Assembly (NCBI RefSeq): GCF_009914755.1
Contig: NC_060938.1
Direction: 5' to 3' (one strand)
Length of the DNA: 64,000 nt
Origin: the human T2T-CHM13v2.0 reference genome, Homo sapiens
Shown here: piece after piece, positions 46,264 to 62,391 of the stretch
Position numbering within the stretch: the stretch's first letter is position 1
Layout: each line of letters begins with the position of its first letter
Program-made: the position numbers and the translations under genes
Notes under the pieces: model-generated
The model's input: the letters and a program-made list of their open reading frames with translations, nothing else
Databases searched by the model: none
What the model was told of the DNA's origin: nothing

Positions 46264-47129
46264 TTATACACACACACACATATTTCTTAGAATCAATGAA
46301 ATTGTCTTATTTTTTACCAGTTACCAAAAATTACAATTAGTATATAGTTCCAGAATGCAAAGAACTTCATGGGTTATTTCAATTCACTTTTACAGTAACC
46401 CTGAGATAAGTAAAGCAAATATTTCTCCCACTTGATAAAGTAACTGGCTCAGAGAGGTTCTGTGACTAGATCAAGGTCACAGAGCTAACCATCTCCCAGA
46501 ATTGGGACAGAATTACAGACCTCCTGACTCTATAAATTCTGCACTCTTTCCACAACAGCACATTCTGCCTTCTAGAAATGAGGTATAACTGACAGTGTTC
46601 ACTGCATCACCAGCATCCATTTCTTCTCATCATCCTGGTTTAAGCCAATCACAATAATTCCTATTCCTGCTTTCCTATCTTCACCTAGAGGTGATAACTT
46701 CACCAACTTCTAGCTAGTTAAACAAAAATGGAGATACAGTGAGAAATATAGTTCTGAAATATAGTTCTAAAATATAGTTCTAAAAAGTATTTTTTATCTT
46801 TGTTTTGTTTTGCTATCCCAATGAAGGAGACAGATTAGTTCATACAGCTCTGATCCTTCTTATTTTCTCTTTTTTCCCAACTTGAATATGGTCTTAACAG
46901 CTGGAGCTACAATAATCATAGGAAGGACAGGCTAAGAGAATAACAGTCATTGGCCCTGATGTCACTGAGCCACTGAACTGATATCAACAATCATTTGTTT
47001 CTCTATTTTTTATGTGAAAAAATATATTTTTGCTTAAGCTATTAGAATTAGACTTTCTGATGCATGCAGATGAATGTAACTCTAACCAAAAAAAAAAAAA
47101 AAAAAAAAAAAAAAAACAGAAGAGATCAA

Positions 47130-47542
47130 TGTGGTAGGCAGAATCCTAAAATGACCCCATTATATCTGAGCCCTGGTATTACTCTTGTAGTTATGTTATA
47201 CTGCATGGCAAAACAGATTTTACAGATGCAATTAAGGTTACTACTCAATTGACCTTAAGACAGGGAGATGATCCAGGTGAGCCAAATCTAATTAATGAGC
47301 TCTTTAAATGGGGGCTTCAGTCCTGCAACCACAAGGAGCTGAACTCTGCCAACAATAGGCCATAGCCTGAAGGGGACCCTGAGCTCCAGTGAGAACACCA
47401 CTGGCCAACCCTTGATTTCTGCCCATGGTACCCTGAGCAGGGAACCCATTCAGACTGTACCAGACTTCTGACCTAACAAAGAGTGAGGTTTCAACACACA
47501 TTTTGTGGTCCTGTGATACACACTTACAGAAAACCAATACAT
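47130..47542 (+). mobile_element. MaLR LTR (MLT1E/F-like), internally deleted
   Basis: tgtggtaggcagaatcctaaaatgacccc ... gaaaaccaataca. Confidence 0.78.
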
Positions 47543-48214
47543 AAACCAAGAAAATCTCTGATTGTCAAGGAAATTGGGAAAGAAAAAGGGAGTATAACAG
47601 TAAAAAATGGGAGGAGAATTTACTCCAGAGCTTAAAATCTTCGGAGTCTAGGCAAAGCCTTCTTTAAATAATTTCCCAATATGGATAAGGGACTGAACTT
47701 CAACTAAAATCAACCGTTATCCATAGCAGGGAATAAACAAAGACAATGCAAAACAGCAGAAAATACAAAATTACACATGTCGCACTTTGAAACATACTAC
47801 ATGGGTATTCTCTCGCCAGGTTTAATTTCTGTTTTTCTTCCTTGCTCATTTAGGCCACTGTAAAATTAGGTTGCCTTTTCAGAGACATGGGGCAAGGCTG
47901 GTAAAGTGATCATTTTTAGTGGAGAAGGTTAAGGAAAATTTTGGGGTATGTTCCCTTTCAACATCAGGAGGCCAATGGCAATTCAACCAGTTTTCTGGAG
48001 CAGCAGTGATCATTACACGCCAGTGATTCTTCTTAACAGTGAGGGATGTTAACATTTTAGAATGTTTTGAAGGTGGGATGAGGGGAGAGTGAGGAAAAAA
48101 GGAAGGAAAGGAAAAGTAAACTCGATTGTGGTATCTTCTCTCACACTCTTTCCTTAAATAGGATATTTATTCATTCATCCAACAAGTGGTTATTAAATAC
48201 CAGCTAGATGTTCA

Positions 48215-48560
<346 letters not shown>

Positions 48561-49149
48561 GTAAATGACACAGATATAGACCCTGCCTTCAAGGGGCTTA
48601 CATCATGAGGGAAAAGGAAGTATGAAACAAGTCAACCAAAAACAAAAGACCTACAAATAAGCAGAGTTAAGACAAGGAATAACAAGGAATCTTATACATA
48701 GAGTGACAGAAGATGTCTCTGAAGAGGTGACATTTAACTATCATCTCAAAGACAAGAAGAAGCCAACCACGATGGGATGAAAAGTGAAGAGGATTCAAGG
48801 TAAAGGGAACCAAAGACACAGAGTCTGAGATGAGAAAAACAAATAAACAAATCCAGAAAAAACTTGACCTGGGAATAGAGTAGGCAAGAGGCATGAGAGG
48901 TTGTAAAGGTCATGAGTTTTTAGAACTACAAGGTCTTGTGATTCAGATTAAGATGTTTAACTTTTACTCCAAGCACGATGAGAAGTCACTGAAGAAGTTT
49001 AAAGAGGAGCAACAAAATTTGATTTGCCTTTTTCGAAACTCAGCAAAGAAGAGAATGGAAAGGGAAAGACTGGAATTAAAGCAAACAATTAGGAAGCTGT
49101 CAAAACAGTTGAGAAAAGAGATGATGGTGGCCTGAAACAACCTAGGCGT

Positions 49150-49580
49150 CCGATGATGAATGGGATGGATAAGCAAAATGTAGTATATACATGCAATGGA
49201 ACATTATTCAGCCTTAAAAAGAAAGCAAATTCTGATACATGCTACAACATGAATGACCCGTGAGGACATCATGCTAAGTGAAATAAGCCAGTTACAAAAC
49301 GACAAATACTATATGATTCCACTTACATGAAGTACTTAGAGTAGTCACATTAACAGAATAGAAAGTAGAATGGTGGTTGCCAGGGGCCAGGGAGGCAGAG
49401 AAGTGTTTACCAGGTATGAAGATTCAGTTTTGCAAGATAAAAAGAGTTCTGGAGATGGATGTGGCAATAGTTGCACAACGATGTGAAAGGACATAATGCT
49501 GCTGAACTCTACTCTTAAAAATGGTTAAGGTGGTCCATTTTATAGTTGTAATTTAACAGAATTTTTTAAATTAAAAAAAA
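49150..49580 (+). mobile_element. L1M 3' UTR fragment
   Basis: atgctaagtgaaataagccag, gagttctggagatggat phrases. Confidence 0.8.
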
Positions 49581-49670
49581 ATGACCACGCGCAAAGCAGT
49601 CTTCGCAAAGGGGAAAATATGATTGCTTTGTGACCTTTAAAACTTTCTGTCAAACATTAAAAGCTTTCTT

Positions 49671-50667
<997 letters not shown>

Positions 50668-52303
50668 TCACTGTTGTAATTTAAAATATTAGCAACATTT
50701 AATCAAACATTAAAAGCTTTCTTACTGTTTTAATTTAAAATATTAGCAACATTGAGAATAAAGTGTTTTATTTCTTTATAAAGAAAAAAAAAGATAATGA
50801 TGGCCAGAGTCTGGATGAAACAATGGAGATGAAGAGAAAGAGATGTCATCTGAGATATATTTTAGAGGCAGGGTCATCAGGACTTACTGATGGATGTCTC
50901 ACAGGAGGGAGGACAAGGAATTCTGGTGGAGGACATGGTGGGTGATAGTCCCACTGACCGGGATACAGAGAAAGAGTTAGGATTTGGGAGTAAAGTAAGC
51001 ATTTCTTTTTAAATATGATACATTTGGGATGCTCATTAGACATCCAAGAGAGATGTCAACTAGGCACTTGGACTTTTGAGTTTGAAGCTTGAGGCCAGAG
51101 ATACAAGTTAGGACATGATCATCAGACAGAAGGGATCCAGTTACCTAGGGAGAAGCCGTAGCAAAAGAAAAGAAGTGGCCAGTGCTCTCACACGCCAGGG
51201 CAATGTGGATGCTCACACTTAGAAAGCTCCATCCAACCTTTAGAACCCTGTGACGCCAAATGGACAGAGAAGATGGTAGAGTCCCAGATAGGGAGTGCTG
51301 CTGTGCCCTGCTCTTCAATACAAGGGCATGCATGAGTTAGAGGTCCTGGACCAAGCAGCCCACTCTCTATCTGGCCACTTGGAAACACAAAAGTTTGAAA
51401 TGAGGCTTTTCTCAAGATTCCTTGAATACTAGATGTGAAAAAAAAAATGAAGATGTTGCCAAAGAACTCAGTAAATACAAGAACAAATGTCCTCTACGAT
51501 AACTCTGCCACTCGGGGAGGAGAAGGTACCAGGAATGACACAACAAGAGCAGGAATTTCCTGACACCGCAGCCCATTTAATATTGATTAAAAGAGTAATT
51601 ATTAAATGAAATAATAATTATAAATTAGATAATGTAAATTATTGAGATAATTAGATTATTACTTCATTTAAGAATGTGAGTGAGAATGCTTGGTGGCCTG
51701 ATGTGGGTGAGGATGCTTGCTGGGCTGCAGAGTGTTATTTAAAAGGTAAGATCTGCCCATGGTCGTCCATCAAATGGCAGAATGTGGAAAGGGGCTAAGG
51801 GCTCTGGGAACAAAGTCAGGTGCTTTGGAGACTCTCTTATGATCCCCAATCCTTCTTCTCCATGGCTGGTTGGGGACACAAAGGCACAGAGAAGGCAAGC
51901 AGCTGGAGTGGCTCTCACTTTGCTGACAATGATGCCCATGACCTGCCTCCTACCACCCCTGCCCTGGACCCAAGCACTGTTCATGACAGTTCACTTTTGC
52001 CATCCTATAGATGAGGTACATTACCTCCTTTGTTCCTCTTATCAACCTTATGAGGTAGGTACTATTATTAATAACACCAGCATTTCAGAGAAATGCTGAG
52101 GCCAGAGAGGCCTCAGCTGAGGCCAGAGAGGTTAAGTAACGTGCTCAAGGTCAGAGAGTAGTAAAGAGTAGTCTGGGATTCTAACTAAAATCTTTCTGAC
52201 GTCTGAGACTGTTCACAGACAATTCATTGACTCATTCATTCAATCAACCAAGACAAATTAAGAGCCCCCAATGTGCTGAGCCCTGACCCTCTGCTAGATG
52301 TTA

Positions 52304-52543
<240 letters not shown>

Positions 52544-54894
52544 TTACATTGTGGGTTTCTATGTATATGATTATACACTTAAGGTTTTAATTTGGTCCAA
52601 TCAGAGAAGAAAATATATCCAAAAAAATCATAATATTTTTCTAATCCTGTCTTGGAGCTTCTTCAGTTTTTAATATTCTGAGAACTCAGAAAAAGCAAGG
52701 AACATAGGTCTCTCTCCACCACCTCTGAGAGGCCCTGAGCTTGCATGACAGCACAGGTTACTAAGGAGCATGACCAAAGGTCAGAAGCAGGGTGTGGGGA
52801 GCCCGGGGAGGCTTCCTGGAAGAGGCTGTATCTAACCTGAGTCTTAGGAGGATGCCTAGCATACCCTTCAGAGCACAAGCTCTTCGGGCAGCAGGCCAAG
52901 TCCCCCGTTGTTAACTCTAGCCATGGAACATCTCTGTCTCTGAAATGCTCTACGCCTGAGTTTCATCTAGTAGTATCTACCTCAGAGATTCTGTAAGATG
53001 CTGCAGGTAAACCTTTTCATGAATAATAAGCGCTCAGTCAATGCTATCTATTACCATTATTATTTCTACCCATAAAGATTGGGAGGAGTTAGCCTAGTCA
53101 AGAGAGAGAACAAGAACTTGCTGATTTCATTCCTGTGGTCATGGCATTCAGGAAGTGAAAGTGCAAAGAAGGAGGAGACCTTAGAAATTTCGGGAAAAAA
53201 AGGAAGTAGTGGTGTGAGCTTCAGCCTGAGACAGGAAAGAGCCTAGCTGGCTCAATGCGAGGCATCAGTTGGCCTAGAAATGAGTAGTGAGAGAAGGTAC
53301 CGGAGGCAGGGTCAACACAGTGGACAACTTCAGGGCCCATTCCCATGGTCATCTATGTGAGCCATGCCCACGAAGAGTGTGTACCACACAGTCTGTGCAG
53401 TGGAAGGTGGCAACCTGCCTGTCTGGGTGCTCCACAGGCCCCTGAACAGAGGACACCGCTGCTATAATCGTCAGCCAAGGTGTCCTACTGCTGGTGTGGC
53501 CAAGTCATCTGGGCCATTTCAGTCAACAGGAGGCAGCACTGTGACCAAAGCTATGACCAACCTCTTTGGACCATAGGAAAACCATATCGAAGGGAGTCCA
53601 GTTGTGACATAAGGGTCTGGTTTTATCTAATTTATCAGTAGAGCTGCAGGCACACAAAACCTTTATGTTTAAAGCTCCTGCCAACACTCTCTATACCAAG
53701 AATAACAAGGATTAGAGGAAAACAGAGCTCCAGGCCACAAATCTCAAGCTTGGTGGGTAGCTCTACAATGAAGTCAGCTCAATGCAGATCTGTCTAGAAA
53801 AACATAGGGTTTTATTTCCCAGGTAGATGACGCAGAGGAAAAACTATTTCCCCCTTCCTCTTTTGTAAAAATCAAACTTTCCTTGTGGGTTGAACTGCCA
53901 ACTCCCCTCAACTTGTTCCTGCCACTCAAGTCTTTAGCATCCCAAAAGGACTCACTGACACTCCATCCCTTGCATGCTTACACTCCCACAGCACTGTGTT
54001 GCACAACTCCAGGAGGTGCCATTCACACAATGCGACAAAAACCACGTTCTCTTATCTGACGCTGCCCCTAGAGCTATTCACCGCCCCGCCCCCGGCCCCC
54101 AGCTCTGCAACAGCACAGGCCCTCCCACATCACCATCCACACTGTAGAAAAGCAAAGAAATGTTGAATGTTCAGGAGAAAACCTTAACTGGGCAAAAAGA
54201 TGAAAGTAGAGAAAACACCTTATAGCCACAGGAATCCTTGGTCTTGTTCTTTACTCAACAGAATAGAAGAAACAACAGTGATAGGAAATAACAATTAAGC
54301 TTGGGTGATAGGAGAATAGTAGTGCCATAGTATCTGAGGTAAGGGCAGAGAAGACCTCAATACATACCCTAAGGAAACTAGGAGTGGTCCCTTAAACTGT
54401 GCAATTAATTGGAGACAGGATAGGAAATACGTTTTTGGGATATGTTGAGATGCAAAGACTGTGAAAATGTAGATTTGGTGCCTAGAGAAAAATTACGGGT
54501 GAAAAGTTAGATTTTAGAGTCATCCAAGAAAAAACAAAGTATGCAGCCAAGGGAATGAATAGGTTATCAACAGGGGAAGTAAAAAGATAGAAGAAGATGA
54601 CTGACTCTTGGAGCATGCCTACATAAGGGAGTGGGGCTGGGACGGGGGAAGTTAGACCCTCGGGTGACAGAGCCAGGCAGAGAGAGAGATAGAAAAACCA
54701 GAGGGCTCCAGGCTATGATGGCAAGAGGGAATTTTGAAAAAGAAGTTTTCTCTAGTGTCAAATGCTGAGGAGAGACATAAAGGGCCTTGAGTGGTCGCTG
54801 GTGACTTGAGAAAGCTTGCAGAGTTTAGCTTCTGGAGGGATGGACCCTTCCTGGCAGCATTTCTAGTGTTCAGAGCCATTACACAGAAGGAAAG

Positions 54895-55244
54895 TGTATT
54901 AGTCCATTTTCATATAAAGACATACCCAAGACTGGGCAATTTACAAAAGAAAAAGGTTTAACTGGACTTACAGTTCCACATGGCTGGGGAAGCCTCACAA
55001 TCATGGCAGAAGGGAAGGAGGAGCAAGTCACATCTTACATGGATGGCAGCAGGCAAAGAGAGAGAGCCTGTGCATGGGAACTCCTCTTAATAAAACCATC
55101 AGATCTTGTGAGACTTATTCACTGTCATGAGAACAGCACAGGAAAGACCTGTCCCCATGATTCAATGACCTCCCACCAAGTCCCTCCTATAATACGTGGG
55201 AATTCAAGATGAGATTTGGGTGGGGACACAGCCAAACTGTATCA
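54895..55244 (-). mobile_element. THE1 (MaLR) solo LTR
   Basis: THE1 consensus phrases; perfect 5-bp TSD gaaag. Confidence 0.93.
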
Positions 55245-58200
55245 GAAAGCGACAAGCATTTGTAGAATAAAGTAGAACAGCTGAACTGGAAGCTTGATTG
55301 CAAGGAGTTAATAATAAACCCAGATTACAGTTTAAAGCTTAACGACTCTTAATACAGCTTTGTAAAAAAAAGGCAAAAAGTTACCAGCATACACATTGTT
55401 AATCCTGATTATGTGCTTCCCTGGAGGAAGTACTTTTCTGTTTACCTGGCACAGATTGAAGCTTGCCTCAGGTAAGGGGCAAGAGGCTAGTTCCTGGGAT
55501 CTTTTCTGCCACAAATTCTCTGAATGACCACAGCACAACTGTAAAACCTCTCTGCTTTTGTTTCCACAAATTTATTAATTTGGGATTGATATAAAGTTAT
55601 TTGCAAAGACCTTAAAAATATTTGGAAGATAGGAAATACACTTAGGTAGTCTCAAGCCCCGTGTGGTTCTCACACATTTCCAATAAAACAAAATACCTGG
55701 CAAGTAAACACCACTTCCATAGAAGCTTTTTATCATGCCTTCCCACCCTTTTTAGCAAGATTAAAACTGGGTCTGAGATTTTGATTCCCTAGAAAAAAGT
55801 TTCAGACCAAGAAAATACCTCTTAAAATCTCAATAAAACCTTTCTAAGCTCTACAAATTAAAAAAAAAAACTCTCAACTTAAATTTGTTTACTATACTAG
55901 GATTAACACTCTTTATCATTCTCATATTGTATTTTAAAGAGGGAATATTAATAACTATAACTAATATCTTGTGAGTGCTTACTCTATACAGTACTATGTT
56001 GAGGCCTACAAATGCATTATCTTGTCCCATCTTTACAACAGCATCCTGATATAAGCTGCTATTACTAATGACTCTTTTCCAGATGAGGAAACTAAGGCTT
56101 GGACTGGCCAACTTTCTCAAGGTCACACAAGTAGTAAGTGGCAAAGCTAGGATTTAAACCCAGAATATATCACAGATATTCTTAAGGATCCATTTTCACA
56201 GCTGTATCACTGACATAAAAGTTTATATATATATTTAATTTCTTACATTGGGATTTTTAAAAACAGGAAATTATGGAACAGATGGTCAGCCTCCATAGGA
56301 ACTAGTTCACAGGTTCTAAATGATGGATCTTTTTCTACTAATGCATCCATCTGCCCAATTCCCCTAAATGAGGGTGGCCAACACCACTCACTTGCATAGA
56401 CAAGGACAGGGGATGCATGGCTGAAGCCTTGAACTTCCAGGCAAGCCCTGCTGCATCCACGCTCTAGAGACCACCTGATGCATAGTGTTCTTCCCTCTTC
56501 CACCTCCACTGGCCCATGATCCTCTAGGGAAATAATGGCAGGTGTGAACATATCTTAGGCCAGATTCCTTAGGAGGCAGAGCCTGAGGCCAAGCTTCTAC
56601 ACTAGTGTTTTACAGCAATCCCAAGGAAGCCCAAGTAAGAGAAGAGAAGTGAAGTAGGGAAAGCAAACATAAGACGGAGTGGGCCTAAACTGGCCATGGC
56701 TTCACAAGAATCGGCTTGTTGCTGGGTCAGAGAGGCTGCTGGGAACTAAGGTACCTCAAAACCTTCCACTGGAGGGGCTGGTGCTTGGACAGGATATGTA
56801 CCTGCCAGCTCCCACCTGTCTCTTATTCCCCTTTGGTCAGAGTTCACACCATGTTGGCCCAACTCCCCACATTTTGGGGGTGCATCTGCTAGATCCTTTA
56901 GCAGCAGATGAGAAATCCAGATTCCACACCCTTCAACGTGGTACTTCATCTGGGTCCTGAAGTAGTGAAAGGACCTGCAGTAGTAGCCTCGGATGGCCGA
57001 ATGATTCAGTCCAGTGGCCCAGAGACAGGTAGGGCTAAGAGGGTTTGAGATGTGCCTAAGAGATGGCCAATACGGAAAGTTAAAATCTGGATAAGAATCA
57101 ATGCTGGTATGCAATGTCACATGCGTAGAATATAAAGAGATGATCTAATAGGTCTTATTGGACTCTGGGTTATTTATGCTCATGGAGCATCTGCAGGTTT
57201 TTAGAAGTCTGTCACAGAACATCGCCCATTCATTCATTCATTCATTCAATAAGCATTCAGCATCTCCTATTGCTAGGGATGTTCTTGTGAAATTCTAAGA
57301 ACAGAGAGAGGACTAAGATCCAGCACCTGCCTTGGAGAGAGAGACAGGCAAATAAATAATCACAGTATGGTGTGACCAGGGCAATGAGGAGAATGTAGCA
57401 GTGCGATGGGTGCATAGGAGTGACACCTAGCCCAATTTGGGGTCAGTGAAGAATAACAGGGAAGGTAACAAGTGGTTGAAAGATGAATAGAAATTAGTTC
57501 TGTGAGGCAGGGGTCACTGGTGGAGAAAATGGACATTCCAAGCTGGCAGGATGGTATCTATAAGAACAAAGCATGACAATACAAAATGGTCAATAAGAGG
57601 GTACCATTGCACTCAGCCATGCTTAACCACTCACGTTAACATGCAAAACTGTTGTTTGCTATCAAAGGGTGTATGCAACCTCCCTGATTCCTACGTCCAC
57701 CCCCAAACCTGCCCCTCCCTAACCTCACACCTGAACATCACCCATCACTGACCCCAACCCCTGCAGTGTGTGTCACAGACAGGGTGGGATCTGGACATGA
57801 ATAAGGCATGATGTGAAGGGAGGACGAGAGGCTCAGAAATGAGGTTCATGTTCAAGGATGGCCTGAGATTCAGCATTAATGTTAGAAATAGGTCAGGGGG
57901 CAGGGATGGGATGAAGCACTGAGACGGTATGAGGATGTCTTTTTGTTACCCGACTTGGAATGTGAAGAGCAATAGTTTTTTCAAGGCCTCCACTCAAAAC
58001 AGCTGCATTAAAAATGTATTATGCCCCTACTGAGTCCAGAAGATGAATAAAAAGATATGTTTTCTGAACTATAGGTGATTTACTTTGACGAAGCAATGAG
58101 CCAGAAGGAGAAAAGTAAGACAGGAGGCTGGAGAGCTAGGAGTCAGGTCAGACAGGGCCCAGTAGGCCATGCCAAGAAGGCTGGGTTTTGTCATAAAGGC

Positions 58201-58894
58201 AATGGAGATCGATTAAACAATTTAAGCAGGGAAATAACATGACCCAATTTGTTTTTTAGAAAAAGGTTATTCTGGAAGCAATGAGAGAGATCAACCAGAG
58301 AGTGAAAAGACCAGCTAGTAATTAGAGTGATTAGGCATCGCAAGATGGGGGATAGAGAGGAAAGGTGTTTTTACAGCCATTTAGGATGTAATGTTATCAA
58401 GATATGGGGATAGAATCTTTTTTGGACTCATTGAGATTGTGGAAGTAAAGATGCAGTAGGTGGATGAAAAAAACCTTTGGAAAACTGGATCAATTTTTGT
58501 ACCATTTGCCAAGATAAGGACTTCAAGAGGAAGAATGGTTGGGACATAAAAGGGAGGTGATGAGCTTAGCATTAGGCCCAGTGATTTGATGGGCCCGTGG
58601 GACAACCACATTGAGATGTTGTCTTTAGGACCTGTTAAATAGGCAGATTTAGAGCTCAGAAGAAGAGAGATGAGTGCTAAAAACACAGACTGAGAGGCCA
58701 CTGGAAGCTGGGGATTTGGACTGGGTAACTCAGAATAATAAGAGGAAAAACAAGAACCAAGGCTGGAACCCTGGGGAAGGTCATTTGTGTTTAGCACAGG
58801 ATAAACAGCCACTTGGAAGAAGTTCCTCATAAATGTGTTATCTTGTCACCATCATGAGGGCCTGGATTATCTTAGAACTCAGCAGAAGATCAGG

Positions 58895-59322
58895 TGCTAT
58901 GATTTGGACATGCTTTGTTTGGCCCTGCCAAGTCTCCTGTTGTAGTTTGATCCCCAGTGTTGGTGGTGGGGCTCAGTAAGAGGTGTTTGGATGGTGAGGC
59001 CAGATCCCTATGAATGGCTTGGTACCATTCTCACAGGAGTGAGTGAGTTCTCACTCAGTTCCTGCGAGAACTGAAGTTGAAAAGAGCCTGGCACCTCCTC
59101 CTTTTTCTCTTGTTTCTGCTGTCTTGCTATGTGATCTCTGCACACCTGGGTCCCCTTTACCTTCCATCCTGAGTGGAACCAACCTGAAGCCCTCACCAGA
59201 AGCAGATGTTGGCGCCATGCTTCTTGTACAACCCGCAGAACTATGAGCCAAATAAACCTCTTTTCTTTATAAATTACCCAGTCTTGGGTGTTCCTTAACA
59301 GCAACACAAACACACTGAGACA
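58895..59322 (+). mobile_element. MST (MaLR) solo LTR
   Basis: tgctatgatttgga ... ctgagaca; TSD tcagg/ccagg. Confidence 0.88.
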
Positions 59323-59560
59323 CCAGGTAAAAGAGATATTTGTGTTCATTCCAACTAGTCAATACTATGATAATACAGAATATTAAGGGAGCTCTGAGTG
59401 TGCTTGAGAAAGGAGAGAATAGGAGGCATTAGGACAGAGGTCACAGATTTCTGGATGCCCAGTTTTCCAGCATTTGAAGAAGTGAAACCATCTTTCTGCA
59501 GCATGGGCTTCAGTAAGTGCACGGGTTTCTGTGGGTCCACCTAGTATTTCTAGACTTCCA

Positions 59561-59856
59561 GGCCAGGCACGGTGGCTCACGCCTGTAATCGCAGCACTTT
59601 GGGAGGCTGAGGCGGGCAGATCACGAGGTCAGGAGTTCAAGACTAGCCTGGCCAACATGGTGAAACCCCGTCTCTACTAAAGATACAAAAAAAATTAGCT
59701 GGGTGTGGAGGTATGCACCTGTAATCCCAGCTACTCAAGAGGCTGAGGTAGGAAAATCGCTTGAACCCTGGAGGCGGAGGTTGCAGTGAGCCAAGATGGC
59801 ACCACCGCACTCCAGCCTGGGAGACAGGGCAAGACTCTGTCTCAAAAAAAAAAAAA
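59561..59856 (+). mobile_element. AluS
   Basis: TSD atttctaga(c/t)ttcca. Confidence 0.94.
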
Positions 59857-60972
59857 GATTTCTAGATTTCCAGCTTTCCAGCACTTGAAAAAGTGAAACT
59901 ATCTTCATCTTCCTGCAACATGACCTTCTATAGGTATACCTAAGGTGCGCTGCACACTTTTCTTGATGTTATCACTACGTACACAAGTCACCAACCAGGA
60001 AGAGTTCTCAAGTTAGGGCCAAGACCAAGATGTACAACTCAGACTTGAAGGCCTCTCCTTGAAACTGGTTCTTAGCCTTTAAACAAAAAATTATAGCTCT
60101 CTGAATCTCTTTGAGTTATAATTTAAGCCAGAGACTCTCATCTCTGGAAAAATACACATACATGCAACATTAATTATAATTTAAGGCACTTCACAGACAC
60201 ACTTCTCAAAGTCCTAGGGATCTGTGGACTCCCTGTTAAAAACTGTCACCCTAGAACAACTTATCTGGCTCAAGTTGCTTTCGGGCCTTTCAAAACAAAA
60301 CAAAATTATTCCAGAGGAGCCCAGCAGAAGGAAGCCAGGCACTGTGGCTTCTACTGACCCTGAACTGATAATTCCTTATTTCCGTTTTCAGCAAAGCGGA
60401 GGATACGTCCTTCCCTTTTCTGAGAATCCTTCCCCTCCCTCTTCCCCCAACAAAACAGACGCATGGGCATAAAACCAAAACAGCCTGGCCAAAGGCTAAA
60501 ACACAGGCTGCTGCAGTGGCCTCATGGGGCAGCTGCACAGGGGCCCCTGGCTGATCATGATGTTATCCTTGTGAACCAGGCCTCTCACAAACAAGAAACC
60601 GACGCATCCCAAGTTTGTGTCTGCTGACTGAAGGCTGGGGCATGTGGGTGTCTCCAACTGCCAGGGACAGCCACAAGGAACCAGGACACACTGGGTGGGC
60701 TTGGCACAGTGCGAGAGTCGATGTCTGTTGACTGAGGCCTGGCTGCTTTGGTAGAGTGGAGTCTGAGGTTTTGATACATGAAATGCACTACTGACATCCC
60801 CTATGTTTAAAGTAAATTCTAAATGTGGAGAGCAGGTATGTTATGAAATGCCACAGCTTGCAGGACAAAAGAATTCTCACAGTATAAAATGTGAGCAAAT
60901 GAGCACCTTTCAATGGTGACAACTCACTCATCCCCACACTCCTAGTTTATTTCCTTCTTTTATTTTTCCTAA

Positions 60973-61303
<331 letters not shown>

Positions 61304-62095
61304 TCACTAAAAAAAAAAAAATGGAAAATACAGAAAAGTATAATCACTGGAGTACTTCTACAATGATATGATTTTTAAAATTCCATCAGCATGCATTTCT
61401 TCAACTTCTCAGGGACACTTCCATTGTTTAAGGGTAAGGCATTCCTTATAGTGGGAGGACAGGCTGTCACCACAGACAATGGGACAGGATCCTTTGACCT
61501 TGTGACTTCCTGGGCTCTCATCTCAGTGGCTAAGAATTATGTATTCTATTGTTTTTTCCAAGTTGATAGAAATTTCCCACCATGTATGCCTATTCTCCTT
61601 ACTTTCTCAATCTGAAAGACCAAAAGAAAAATTTAATCACTGGAAGCTCTTTCCTATTAATGTTTCTGCTTTGTTGTTTCTAAAGATTTTTTCTTTCAGT
61701 CTTCACATCACCCTCTCCCATTTAGAGACAGTTTCTCAAAAACCACAGTAGGGATTTAGAAACACACCACACTGTTACATACATTTGGTCCTGACACCAC
61801 TAATAGCAGTATTTCTTTTGGTAGATGTCTCACTGACAGTAACTCTTGCAAAACAGAAAAGCTACAAATTCAAAGCATATAAACCATAAATGCAAATACA
61901 GCAGACATAATAATTAGAGAATGGAGTGACAAGACTTCAGAATGTGATTCTCCACATCTCTGGGTTCTTATTTAGCTTTGAGAGTGAGAGTTTTTTAGAA
62001 ACAGATTCAGAATATTATTATTTGCTAAGTGAAATAAAATGGATTAGAGGAATTTTCCAACCAAGTGTAAAACTTGGATTTAAAATAGTAGAGAA

Positions 62096-62391
62096 GACTG
62101 AGCTTGGTGGCTCATGCCTGGAATCCCACCACTTTAAGAGGCTGAGGAGGAGGGAGGATCATTTGAGGTCAGGAGTTCGAGACCAGCTTAGCCAACAAAG
62201 TGAAACTCCATCTCCACTACCAACACAAAATTAGCTGGGCACGGTGGCTCACACCTGTAATCCCAGCTACTTGGGAGGCTTAGGCAGGAGAATCACTTGA
62301 ATTCAGGAGGCAGAGATTGCAGTGAGCCAAGATCATGCCACTGTACTCCAGCCTGGACGACAGAGTGAACTCTGCCATCAAAAAAAAAAAA
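62096..62391 (+). mobile_element. Alu (diverged)
   Basis: Alu consensus; flanks aatagtagagaaga/aaaagtagggaaga. Confidence 0.9.

Noticed and set aside
49586-49616. Faint resemblance to the reverse of the U1 snRNA 3' end
   Set aside because: Too short, motif order does not match, no Sm-site context
54081-54100. GC-box cluster ccgccccgcccccggcccc as a promoter
   Set aside because: Isolated 20-bp patch with no CpG island or other support
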